A stretch of DNA of 64,000 nucleotides. Source: a virus. A model generated the notes under the pieces. That model was not told the origin of the DNA. It saw only the letters and a program-made list of their open reading frames with translations, and searched no databases. The stretch covers positions 8,414 through 72,413 of the IMG/VR virus record IMGVR_UViG_3300028034_000051. One strand, 5' to 3'. The number at the start of each line of letters is the position of its first letter. The stretch's first letter is position 1. The position numbers and the translations under genes were made by a program. Of this stretch, positions 27,885 to 35,977 are shown piece after piece.

Positions 27885-28049
27885 TTATTCACCTCCTTGG
27901 TCCCAATTTATTTCATCATATCCCTTTCTTTCGAAAGTTTTGCCAATCTGCTCCTTGAAATCTTCAGCTGCATCTTCTCCAAGAGTCTCTTTCATGTCTT
28001 CATACATTGATCGTAATAAGCTATCTGATAGATCGTTATCCAGTACCAT
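27885..28049 (-). CDS. Small acidic hypothetical protein (54 aa, not in ORF track)
   Basis: SD AAGGAGGTG; MVLDNDLSDSLLRSMYEDMKETLG... Confidence 0.5.
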   Translation of the reverse strand: MVLDNDLSDSLLRSMYEDMKETLGEDAAEDFKEQIGKTFERKGYDEINWDQGGE

Positions 28050-28221
28050 CACCTCCTTCGAAGTCTTGAAATATCCTCAGTAGATCACAACCATCTGACT
28101 CAGCTTTCCGATTCATATAGAAATCATTAGCTTCCATTTCATTTTCAAAAACATGAACCTCATCATTGTAGATCACTATCCAATTAGCAGTTCCGACATC
28201 TGCATCATGCTCAATGAACAT
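28036..28221 (-). CDS. Small hypothetical protein
   Basis: SD AAAGGAG. Confidence 0.5.
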   Translation of the reverse strand: MFIEHDADVGTANWIVIYNDEVHVFENEMEANDFYMNRKAESDGCDLLRIFQDFEGGDGTG

Positions 28222-28319
28222 TATCTATTCTCCTTTCACGCTGATTCTGGTATTTCTGTGGGTTGCAGGTCTTCTATTCCCTTCTCTCGAAAGTTTATCG
28301 TAGAAAGGAGGTGCAACCT

Positions 28320-28562
28320 ATGTTTGAATTCGACTTCGAAAAAGAATTTAACAAAGAAATTGCTAGTCATTTTGAAGATTTCATCACATTATCTAAGCAA
28401 ATACCCATCTTATATGAAGAAAATCAAAAGTCAGTAGAACATTTTTCTGAACAAGCAATGCAAGAGTTTAGTGAACTTTATAGTAAAATATGTGCCAATG
28501 TCTTAGAACAATACCACACTGATTTAATACACTTCTTAGAAGAAAAATTTGAAACTAAATAA
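28320..28562 (+). CDS. Hypothetical protein (80 aa) transcribed against the lytic operon
   Basis: SD GAAAGGAGGTG before ATG 28320. Confidence 0.7.
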   Translation: MFEFDFEKEFNKEIASHFEDFITLSKQIPILYEENQKSVEHFSEQAMQEFSELYSKICANVLEQYHTDLIHFLEEKFETK

Positions 28563-28587
28563 CATTCTAACTCTGTCTTAGCCCCAA

Positions 28588-28728
28588 CTAAGGCAGAGTT
28601 ACTTCTACTTCTATATCTCTAAGTTCCTTTGTTAATCTCTCCAACTTGATTAAAGTTTCTCTTATTTCTTTGGTCTTCTCCTCCAACTCCTTAACTGCTT
28701 CTGACTTAGACTTTACTTTTACTTTCAT
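28588..28728 (-). CDS. Small coiled-coil protein (46 aa, not in ORF track)
   Basis: SD GAGGAGGTG; MKVKVKSKSEAVKELEEKTKEIRETL... Confidence 0.6.
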   Translation of the reverse strand: MKVKVKSKSEAVKELEEKTKEIRETLIKLERLTKELRDIEVEVTLP

Positions 28729-28772
28729 ACTCTCTCACCTCCTCACGCTGATTCTGGTATTTCTGTGGGTTG

Positions 28773-28795
28773 TATTGACTATAAAGTAGTCAATA
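28773..28795. promoter_or_regulatory. Palindromic operator TTGAC-N9-GTCAA, copy 2
   Basis: TATTGACTA-TAAAG-TAGTCAATA perfect 9-bp inverted repeat. Confidence 0.65.
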
Positions 28796-28805
28796 AGTTA
28801 CTTGT

Positions 28806-29018
28806 TTAAGCTGTTTTGTCTATTTCTGGGACATTAGTGTTCAAAAAAATATCTTTTCCTAATAAATCCATCATCCTAACAAAAAGCTCAAAAGAAGGGT
28901 TTTTGCCAGATTCTATATTAGCATAATGAGAACGGCTTATCTCTAAAAGGTCAGCCATTTCTTCCTGAGTCATATCTAAATCATCTCTAACTTTCTTTAA
29001 TATATCTCCTACATCCAT
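28806..29018 (-). CDS. Cro-like Xre repressor
   Basis: Short HTH (MTQEEMADLLEISRSHYANIESG), divergent from repressor. Confidence 0.85.
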   Translation of the reverse strand: MDVGDILKKVRDDLDMTQEEMADLLEISRSHYANIESGKNPSFELFVRMMDLLGKDIFLNTNVPEIDKTA

Positions 29019-29049
29019 GAAAAGCCCTCCTTTCTCTTAACTTACTATT

Positions 29050-29145
29050 ATTATAGTTTATTTTCGGGACATTGTCAAGTTTAAAAACAAAAAAAGTCGA
29101 TAATCAGAACAAAAGTTTATTTTAAGGACATTATATTATATAATA
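29050..29145. promoter_or_regulatory. Lysis/lysogeny switch: consensus sigmaA promoter (-) and 17-bp operators
   Basis: TTGACA-17-TATAAT on - strand (29078-29050); operators at 29055, 29095, 29114 and 28817. Confidence 0.8.
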
Positions 29146-29172
29146 GAACCGAGTTAAAGGAGGTAGTTTAAA

Positions 29173-29568
29173 TTGGAATTTGGCAAAAGGCTAAAAAAAC
29201 TAAGAAAAGAATCAAAATTAACTCAGCAAGAATTGGCCGATAAATTAAATATAAAAAGATCTACGCTAGCCGGCTACGAATCAGGTAAACAACCATCATA
29301 CGAAACTCTAGTTAAACTTTCTGATATATTTAATGTCTCAGTAGACTATATACTAGGAGACACAGACGAACGTAAAAAAGCAGATCACATCAAAGCTGCA
29401 CTATCAGATGATCCAGAACTACTTGAGTTCTGGGATGAGATGAATGAAAGAGAAGATCTTAGAATGTATTTCAAGAAATGCAGTGAACTTAGCCCTGAAA
29501 CAATCAAAAAGCTCATTCATATCTCCAAAGTTTTCGAGGAAGAAGAAAGAGAGCGACATGGAGGATGA
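29173..29568 (+). CDS. Immunity repressor (ImmR-like Xre)
   Basis: FGKRLKKLR...LTQQELA, VSVDYILG; followed by ImmA. Confidence 0.9.
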   Translation: MEFGKRLKKLRKESKLTQQELADKLNIKRSTLAGYESGKQPSYETLVKLSDIFNVSVDYILGDTDERKKADHIKAALSDDPELLEFWDEMNEREDLRMYFKKCSELSPETIKKLIHISKVFEEEERERHGG

Positions 29569-29885
29569 GCTTGGCTAAATCTCTGGGCTTACCTAGCAAT
29601 TTAGACAAGCTACATGAATGGGCTAGTTTACATAATATTTACATTGCTACAGAAAACTTTGATCTAGAACTTTGGGGATATGCAACTAAATCTGACTACG
29701 ATTCATATTTAGTGTTAATTAACAATCGTCTTTGTTATGAAATGCAACAAAAAGTATTAATGCATGAACTAGTACATATTCTAAAACATTCTCCAGGAAG
29801 TCATCCTATCTACAAGGATCAGTATGACATCGAAAAAGAAGCAGATGAATTAGCTGAAAAGATTATCAAAGATGCAAGTGGTTGA
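29565..29885 (+). CDS. ImmA/IrrE-family metalloprotease (anti-repressor)
   Basis: HELVH and E.EAD motifs; ATGA overlap with repressor. Confidence 0.85.
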   Translation: MSLAKSLGLPSNLDKLHEWASLHNIYIATENFDLELWGYATKSDYDSYLVLINNRLCYEMQQKVLMHELVHILKHSPGSHPIYKDQYDIEKEADELAEKIIKDASG

Positions 29886-29938
29886 TTTTTTATTTTGCTT
29901 TGCTCAGAAATATTTAGTAATATGACTAAATTAAGGAG

Positions 29939-30727
29939 GTGGTTTTAATTAAGTGTACTAAATGTGGTCAAGAAATAAATGATAATTCTAAATTTTGTCA
30001 GTATTGTGGCGCTAGACTTTATAGCACTAAAAATAATAATGAAAAATGGTACCAAAAAAAGGGTTGGATTATTGCATTATTATTTTTGTTTTTTCCTGCT
30101 GGTTTATTTTTAATGTGGAAATCAAATAAATTTAATAAAACAACTAAAATATTGGTTGCCATATTTTTTGTCTTTATGTTTATTATTACTCCTGCTAGCC
30201 AAGAAAAGCAAAATATTAATCAAGCAAATAAAACAACAGTAGAAAACAAATCAAAAACTAATAAAAAGTCTACTTTGAATAAAGTTAATAATAAAAATCA
30301 TAAAGTCAACCCAACCGATATGACAATAGATGAGTATACTACTTATTTAGTTAATAATACAATAGGCAAAACTACTAACATGGGTAATACTACTTTAATA
30401 AAACACACATATTCTAAAAATGATAACGAATTATTTTTAGAGTTATACGCTAATGAAAACTTTAGTTCAAATATGACTCGAAGAGGGATCATTATGGATA
30501 GTAAAGATATATTTAAAAAATTCTTCAATGACCGAAAAGATGTACGTAGTTTAGTACTTGGATGGTACTTAACTTTAGTTGACCAAAGAGGAAATGAAAA
30601 ACTAAGCAGAGTGTTATTAATAGATATGACTAAAAGCAACGCTAACACTATTAATTGGAGTAATGTAATAACTGACAATATACCTGTAATCGCTAACCAT
30701 TATTGGGTTCATCCTGCTTTAAAATAA
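29939..30727 (+). CDS. Membrane protein with N-terminal zinc ribbon (possible superinfection exclusion)
   Basis: CTKCG...FCQYCG, KWY, two TM segments, exported domain; very AT-rich; upstream of integrase. Confidence 0.65.
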   Translation: MVLIKCTKCGQEINDNSKFCQYCGARLYSTKNNNEKWYQKKGWIIALLFLFFPAGLFLMWKSNKFNKTTKILVAIFFVFMFIITPASQEKQNINQANKTTVENKSKTNKKSTLNKVNNKNHKVNPTDMTIDEYTTYLVNNTIGKTTNMGNTTLIKHTYSKNDNELFLELYANENFSSNMTRRGIIMDSKDIFKKFFNDRKDVRSLVLGWYLTLVDQRGNEKLSRVLLIDMTKSNANTINWSNVITDNIPVIANHYWVHPALK

Positions 30728-30800
30728 TAAAAAATGGTTGATCTCATGAAAAAAACAGGTAATAGACCTCATTTCAGAGGTTTTCTTTTTAACTTTAAAT

Positions 30801-30814
30801 CGAACATACATTCT
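30801..30814 (+). promoter_or_regulatory. LexA/DinR (Cheo) box-like site upstream of integrase
   Basis: CGAAC-ATAC-ATTC, one mismatch to GAAC-N4-GTTC. Confidence 0.45.
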
Positions 30815-30842
30815 TTACTTGACGCCGTAATTTGTAAAGGAG

Positions 30843-31994
30843 ATGATATTCATGGCTCACTTAAGAAAAAGAGGTGACAACTGGCAGATTACAATCGAAG
30901 TTGGTCGTGATCCAGTCACAGGTAAACGAGAAAGAATCTATGAGACAGTCAAGGGAACTAAGAAGGAAGCAAGGAAGCGTATGCATGAACTAGCTTATCA
31001 AGTCGAAAACGGAACTTATGTAGAACCATCAGAATTAACTATGAAGGAATTTATGCTTAAATGGTATGAAGACTATTGCAAAAATAATCTTGCCCCTTCT
31101 ACGCAAGAATACTATGAGATGATCATCAATAGTCACTACATTCCTCTACTAGGTAATATTAAAATATCTGATCTTAAGCCAATGCATATTCAAAGCTATA
31201 TTACAGAGAAGTTGAATAATGGCAGATTAGACGGTAAAGAAGGTGGTCTTTCTAGAAAATCAGTTAAGCGGCACTATACAGTCTTGAATCAAATACTAAA
31301 ATATGCTGTAAAGTTACAAGTGATTGATAGAAATCCAGCTGACCCAATAAGCCCACCTACTCCTAATAAGCCTGAAATACAAGCTATGACCCACGAAGAG
31401 CTTAGTGAACTGTTAGAACATGTAGAAGGTTGGTTATATGATTTTATCTATATAGCATCCTTCACAGGCGCTAGAAGAGGTGAATTATTAGCATTAAGAT
31501 GGAAAGACGTAAACTTTAAAGAAAAGAAAATACAAATCAAACAGAGTGCATCTAAATTATCTGGAGGTAGATTAGTTTTTAGAGAGCCAAAAACAAATTC
31601 AAGTATTAGACCTATCGATATCGATGAAGACATTATCAAAATATTGAAACGTCGCAATAAAAAACAAAAAGAAGATAGATTGAGATTAGGCGAAAATTAC
31701 AATAATGAATATGATTTAATATTTGTAAAAGAAAACGGAAATCCTTATTTCCCTGATTATGCTACAAAACAATTTAAAAAAGCCGTTAGGAAACTTGGTT
31801 TAGAAGAATATCGATTACATGATCTGCGGCATACCCATGCTACACTTATGTTGCAAGCTGGAGTTCATCCTAAAATAGTCCAGGAGCGTCTTGGGCATTC
31901 TTCTATTACTCAAACTCTTGACACTTACTCTCATGTAATTCCATCTATGCAAAAAGAGGCCGTCCAAAAACTAAAAAATAGCTTAAAAAAGTAA
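30843..31994 (+). CDS. int: Tyrosine integrase
   Basis: TGARRGE, HDLRH, LGHS, Y-S-H catalytic motifs. Confidence 0.97.
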   Translation: MIFMAHLRKRGDNWQITIEVGRDPVTGKRERIYETVKGTKKEARKRMHELAYQVENGTYVEPSELTMKEFMLKWYEDYCKNNLAPSTQEYYEMIINSHYIPLLGNIKISDLKPMHIQSYITEKLNNGRLDGKEGGLSRKSVKRHYTVLNQILKYAVKLQVIDRNPADPISPPTPNKPEIQAMTHEELSELLEHVEGWLYDFIYIASFTGARRGELLALRWKDVNFKEKKIQIKQSASKLSGGRLVFREPKTNSSIRPIDIDEDIIKILKRRNKKQKEDRLRLGENYNNEYDLIFVKENGNPYFPDYATKQFKKAVRKLGLEEYRLHDLRHTHATLMLQAGVHPKIVQERLGHSSITQTLDTYSHVIPSMQKEAVQKLKNSLKK

Positions 31995-32031
31995 GTTGGG
32001 CGACAAAATGGCGACATTTTATTCTGTCAAT

Positions 32032-32068
32032 AAAAAAAGGGTTAAGAGCAAAAACACTCTTAACCCTT
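32032..32068 (-). terminator. Terminator downstream of tRNA 3' end
   Basis: AAGGGTTAAGAG-loop-CTCTTAACCCTT hairpin with T run on - strand. Confidence 0.8.
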
Positions 32069-32088
32069 GATATTATAAGCTTCATAAG

Positions 32089-32133
32089 TGGTGCGGACAG
32101 ATGGGATCGAACCATCGGCCTCCACGATGTCAA
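32089..32133 (-). other. att core: 3' half of tRNA-Val(GAC), from anticodon loop to CCA
   Basis: - strand TTGACATCGTGGAGGCCGATGGTTCGATCCCATCTGTCCGCACCA; T-loop GTTCGAT; no 5' half. Confidence 0.9.
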
Positions 32134-32315
32134 TTTTATTATTGCTTTTTTTAACGTTTTTTAGAGTAAAATAAGTCTATATACATTGCTATTATAGACC
32201 CTTATTTAAATTAAATTAAAATGAAAAAAATAATCGGCGTCAAGTTTGGCGACATTGTGGCGACATGATGTCGTCATTTTTATCTACATTATAATAGAAA
32301 TAAAAAAGACCAGCA

Positions 32316-32831
32316 TTAACTGGTCTTTGGATCACCGTATAGCCTTTTCATAGCTGCATGCGTGACCAACCAATTACTTCCTGACTTGCGAACCTCTCCT
32401 TTCTCGAATCTGTCATCATACTTTGCTTTCCTCAAAGTTGAATCCCCAAGCCCCCATTTTTCTTGAGCTTCAGCAAATGTATATACTGTGTCTAGGTTAT
32501 TGAGAGAACCAACCGAAAGGCCAATTCCGTAACTAGTCTTAGGATCATTATTATCAAAATGCTTTTTTGATGTAGAAAGAAATAAGTCGGCTATAATTTC
32601 TCTATACTGTTTGCTTTTTCTATCACCTTCAAGTATCCTTTCCAAAGCAACATACAACGATTGCATGTCCTTAAGATTATTAATTCTCGTTTTCCCTTCT
32701 TTGATTAACCTAACATAGCGATCATGATTAAGCTCGTTGGCGCGTGTAGCAATAACTCCAAGATAGAAAGCGATTCTATTAACATTATCCTCAGCTAGCT
32801 TGCTTTGTTCAAACTTCGTAATCATATCCAT
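32316..32831 (-). CDS. Moron protein with C-terminal HTH
   Basis: T..EA.EKWGL..STLR...EVRKSG..WLVT..AM.RLYG. Confidence 0.75.
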   Translation of the reverse strand: MDMITKFEQSKLAEDNVNRIAFYLGVIATRANELNHDRYVRLIKEGKTRINNLKDMQSLYVALERILEGDRKSKQYREIIADLFLSTSKKHFDNNDPKTSYGIGLSVGSLNNLDTVYTFAEAQEKWGLGDSTLRKAKYDDRFEKGEVRKSGSNWLVTHAAMKRLYGDPKTS

Positions 32832-32841
32832 GATTAACCAT

Positions 32842-32877
32842 CTCCTTTTTTGTAGTTGGCTCCTTTTTTGTAGTTGG
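32842..32877. repeat. 18-bp tandem duplication containing SD
   Basis: CTCCTTTTTTGTAGTTGG x2. Confidence 0.9.
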
Positions 32878-32910
32878 CTTTTTAATAAGCAGAAGCCTAA
32901 CTGCTATCAA

Positions 32911-33390
32911 TTACTTAATATAACCTTTCTCAACAGCTAAATCATAATGTCTAGCAAACTGATCTCTATTCTCTCCAAATTCTTCTTTTCTCTTTCTTGA
33001 TTCTCTTCTAAATTTGTAATCATACCATTCGCAATCACTGTATTCCTCAACAAAAACTCCAACTTTTCTTTCATCTTCAATATCATCTTCGTTGACTTCT
33101 TTCCACTCTATAACTGACTTTGGAACCCAAACTTCGTCATTAAATAATGTTGCTTTCTCGGTTTCTTGTGTAACCTCTAAGTTTGAAAACTCATTAAGTA
33201 AACATTCTTGAGCAGAGTTCTTTCTTAACCACCAATCTTCAATAATAGGTTTTTTATTCATCTCTTTTTCCTCCTTTTCTTCTTTCCAAGCTAATTTCAA
33301 TGCCAAGCTCATTCTAGCTCTATAATTACCTTCAAAAGTCTTCGCCAACTTGTGTGCCTTTCTCATTAATCTGCTTAACATTGAAATCAA
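32911..33390 (-). CDS. Moron hypothetical protein
   Basis: M..AH..AK...Y.....ALK.AW N-terminus; own promoter. Confidence 0.7.
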   Translation of the reverse strand: MISMLSRLMRKAHKLAKTFEGNYRARMSLALKLAWKEEKEEKEMNKKPIIEDWWLRKNSAQECLLNEFSNLEVTQETEKATLFNDEVWVPKSVIEWKEVNEDDIEDERKVGVFVEEYSDCEWYDYKFRRESRKRKEEFGENRDQFARHYDLAVEKGYIK

Positions 33391-33433
33391 CTCCTCAAAT
33401 TATTTTGTGCCGTCTCCATCACTTTCTATATAT

Positions 33434-33462
33434 ATTGTAACACATGCGTTACATATTGTCAA
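33434..33462 (-). promoter_or_regulatory. sigmaA promoter with embedded palindromic operator
   Basis: TTGACA-17-TACAAT; TGTAAC-N6-GTTACA overlapping the spacer. Confidence 0.8.
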
Positions 33463-33490
33463 GAGTTATTTCAATTTATTTCTATACAAA

Positions 33491-33523
33491 TAAAAAAAGC
33501 CCCGCCACCAAACGGCAGCGGGT
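33491..33523 (-). terminator. Late operon terminator
   Basis: CCCGCTGCC-GTTT-GGTGGCGGG then T run. Confidence 0.85.
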
Positions 33524-33527
33524 ACGA

Positions 33528-33979
33528 TTAGAATCTGTAATTGTATTCAGCTGATATACTTTTGTTCTTGATATCTAAGTCTACATCCAGACCAGGATCG
33601 GGCAGCGTCACTTGGTATTCCCTGATTTCTTTTGCGACTTTCCCTTATCAACTCGCTTGATTTCATTAATATGCTTATTAAGTTCCTTGACTGCATTCTC
33701 ATCCGTCTTCTCTTCCTGCTCTATTACTTCATTTCTAACCTCAGTCAGCAACTTTGCTACATCCTCATTCTCTACTCCGGCACGCTTAAGTCCATTTTTG
33801 ACAGCCTTAGTTATGTCTGGGATTGATGCATAAGCTACATCGTCAATCTCATTTTCTGTGCTTTCTACAAACTCTTTTCCTTCCTTGGCTAACTTTTTGA
33901 TATAACCTTTGCTTACTACAAAAGCAACAATACCACTCAATATGATAGGACCTAATGAATTCATTAATAACGCTTCCAT
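33528..33979 (-). CDS. Lysis membrane protein: 123-aa form (33608-33979) and predicted 150-aa -1 frameshift form ending in a beta-signal; candidate spanin
   Basis: N-terminal TM, helical/coiled-coil body, G-GGA-AAG at 33644-33638, -1 frame open to TAA 33528 just before terminator. Confidence 0.7.
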
Positions 33980-34027
33980 AAGTAACCATCTCCTCTTAAT
34001 TTTATATTTCTGTCAATTCTAATCAAA

Positions 34028-34753
34028 CTAACTCCATATATTTTGTTTCCATTCGTCGTTAATCAAATCCCTGCAAATCCCTTTGTATCCTTCTTCATTA
34101 TGATATAAGTCACAACTTATCTCTTCATAAAAATCAGGATATTTCATGATTAGACCGTGTTCAAAATGAATATCCTTCATTGAAGATTGGAATTTTAGCA
34201 TAATTGCTTCGAATTCATTATATCTTCTAGCTTGCATTCCCTTAAGATCATAGAAGCAAATTTCATTAAATTTAGATTCCATAATAAATTCAAGTAGTTC
34301 TTTGAATTCTTTCTCGTGCATATACCCTACAACTACATTGAGCCAGATTTTATCGACATCATTTTTGTCAATTTTTCTGTCCCATGCTTCAATTTCTTTT
34401 TCATTTGTAATATTAACTCCAACTGTATATGCCTTTTGAATAAGATTGTAGTCAATATCATGATCCTTGGTCATGAATGAGGTTTTAATATTGTGCTCAA
34501 TAGCAAAATCTAGTATTTGCTCTAAATCAGGATGTAACGTCGGGTCTCCACCAACCAGATTGAATTCATTAGTCTTATTTTTGTGAGCAAGCATAAATTG
34601 CTTTATTTTGCTAAGCTCAGCAACTTCCCCTTGACCTTTATCTTTGTTATTTTGAATACAAAATCCGCAACGGAAGTTACATTCGTTAGTTATCCGTAAA
34701 TCAATTAAACGAAAATGTTCATTTTCTAATTCTACATCTTGCATAATTATCAC
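34028..34753 (-). CDS. Radical SAM protein
   Basis: CNFRCGFC (CxxxCxxC) and GGDPTLHP; ATGA overlap with endolysin. Confidence 0.88.
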   Translation of the reverse strand: MIIMQDVELENEHFRLIDLRITNECNFRCGFCIQNNKDKGQGEVAELSKIKQFMLAHKNKTNEFNLVGGDPTLHPDLEQILDFAIEHNIKTSFMTKDHDIDYNLIQKAYTVGVNITNEKEIEAWDRKIDKNDVDKIWLNVVVGYMHEKEFKELLEFIMESKFNEICFYDLKGMQARRYNEFEAIMLKFQSSMKDIHFEHGLIMKYPDFYEEISCDLYHNEEGYKGICRDLINDEWKQNIWS

Positions 34754-35253
34754 TCCTTTTCAATTTCTACACGCTTCATCCACCCTCTGATGAACACCTT
34801 TTGACTCGGATCATTAAGAGCTATCTTAACGTATCTTTCACCCTGCAGGATATTCATGATCTTAACTAGCTCATCAGTATACTCAAATTCATTAACCGCA
34901 GCTGCAGTATTGGGTCCCATAACTCCATCGATTGCTATTTCATTTTCTCGAAAGCAATTGACAGCCATTTGCAAGTGCTTCGTTGCTGTGAATACGCCCA
35001 TGTTAACCGCCTGGTCAAAACATTCGATTCCTACTTGGACCGGAACATTTTCGTATTGCCAGTAGTTTTCTCGATATATTTCCTTAGCTTTCTCCAATGA
35101 CAAATCCCTCATATCACCTTCATAACCTGCTGCTCTAGCCACTTCTTCAGTAATGCCAAACTTAGTAATTCCTCCTCGATCTGCTTCATGATTGGAGTAG
35201 CCACCTTCGTAATTCAGTACTTCCTCGAATGCTTTCTCGAACTTTTTGCTCAC
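34750..35253 (-). CDS. Endolysin, glycoside hydrolase 108 with C-terminal PG-binding domain
   Basis: EGGYSNH..DRGG.T.FGIT, FD.AVNMG, DG..GP.T, F.RGW..R. Confidence 0.92.
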   Translation of the reverse strand: MSKKFEKAFEEVLNYEGGYSNHEADRGGITKFGITEEVARAAGYEGDMRDLSLEKAKEIYRENYWQYENVPVQVGIECFDQAVNMGVFTATKHLQMAVNCFRENEIAIDGVMGPNTAAAVNEFEYTDELVKIMNILQGERYVKIALNDPSQKVFIRGWMKRVEIEKE

Positions 35254-35300
35254 ATGATCACCTCCATTTTTTGCATTAAAAAAGACACCCTTTCAGGAGT

Positions 35301-35588
35301 CTACGAAGTTATTGCATATATTAATGACGCTATTGCTACAAGCCACCCGCCCCATTTTCTAATTGTTTCTGCTAATTCATGCTTACCTTTTTCCGTATTC
35401 TCTATCTCATTAATCTTTTCTTCGTTCTGATTAATCTTTTGATAGCTTTCCATCATATCTTGCCTTAGTCCGTTGTACCTTTTGATTACACTTCGAGTCT
35501 GTGTCATTTCTTCTTTGAGACTTTGGATCATATCGAATAGCTCTTTATTTGAATACCACTCTTTTTCATTGTCTGTCATTGACCACAC
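35301..35588 (-). CDS. Holin-like / XhlA-like membrane protein
   Basis: Coiled coil with single C-terminal TM, upstream of endolysin. Confidence 0.65.
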   Translation of the reverse strand: MWSMTDNEKEWYSNKELFDMIQSLKEEMTQTRSVIKRYNGLRQDMMESYQKINQNEEKINEIENTEKGKHELAETIRKWGGWLVAIASLIYAITS

Positions 35589-35620
35589 CCCTTCAAGAAA
35601 AAATCCACCTCCCCAGGTGG

Positions 35621-35977
35621 TTAATCCGTAATGCTTTCTGTAATTTTGAGAGTTCCCTCGAACGCCTTATATCTTCTACCAGTTGAATCTTCTACTAACG
35701 TTAATTCATGCTTATATAGCCCTGTTGCTATATCAGTATCTATGTTAGTTATATTGATTTCAATTTGTCCGTTCAGAGCATCTAGTATATCGATTCCATT
35801 TCCATCTGACTTGTTGATTACTTCAGTTTTTGTATTCGGGTCCTCAGCCACATACTTCAAAGAAAAATCACCTAATGGAACTTCAACTCCATTATCAGTG
35901 ATAGTGTGCGGGTATGTTCGATCAATCCTTTGAGAAATCTCATAGTTCACTTGAGTTACATCATTCATAAGCATCAC
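35621..35977 (-). CDS. BppU-like tail accessory protein
   Basis: DA.NG.I.I......T....G.Y.HEL...G.L.I pattern. Confidence 0.55.
   Translation of the reverse strand: MMLMNDVTQVNYEISQRIDRTYPHTITDNGVEVPLGDFSLKYVAEDPNTKTEVINKSDGNGIDILDALNGQIEINITNIDTDIATGLYKHELTLVEDSTGRRYKAFEGTLKITESITD

Larger units (their letters stand above)
28236..28772. repeat. Perfect 30-bp direct repeats bounding a two-gene cassette
   Basis: TCACGCTGATTCTGGTATTTCTGTGGGTTG at 28236-28265 and 28743-28772. Confidence 0.9.
1..32133 (-). mobile_element. Prophage A (HK97-type head, contractile-type tail; left part outside window)
   Basis: Contiguous tail, head, packaging, replication, immunity and integrase modules ending at a tRNA-derived att core. 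Confidence 0.95.
31999..32275. repeat. Integrase arm-type sites on both sides of att core
   Basis: GGCGACA at 31999, 32010, 32248, 32259; variants at 32236 and (inverted) 32269. Confidence 0.75.

Noticed and set aside
31945-32133. 62-aa ORF across the att site
   Set aside because: Spans tRNA fragment, terminator and arm sites; no SD
32089-32170. Intact tRNA-Val gene
   Set aside because: Similarity stops at the anticodon loop; no D-arm or acceptor 5' strand
34028-34753. Firm call as prokaryotic viperin
   Set aside because: Only the Cys motif resembles viperin; other diagnostic motifs not recognisable by eye
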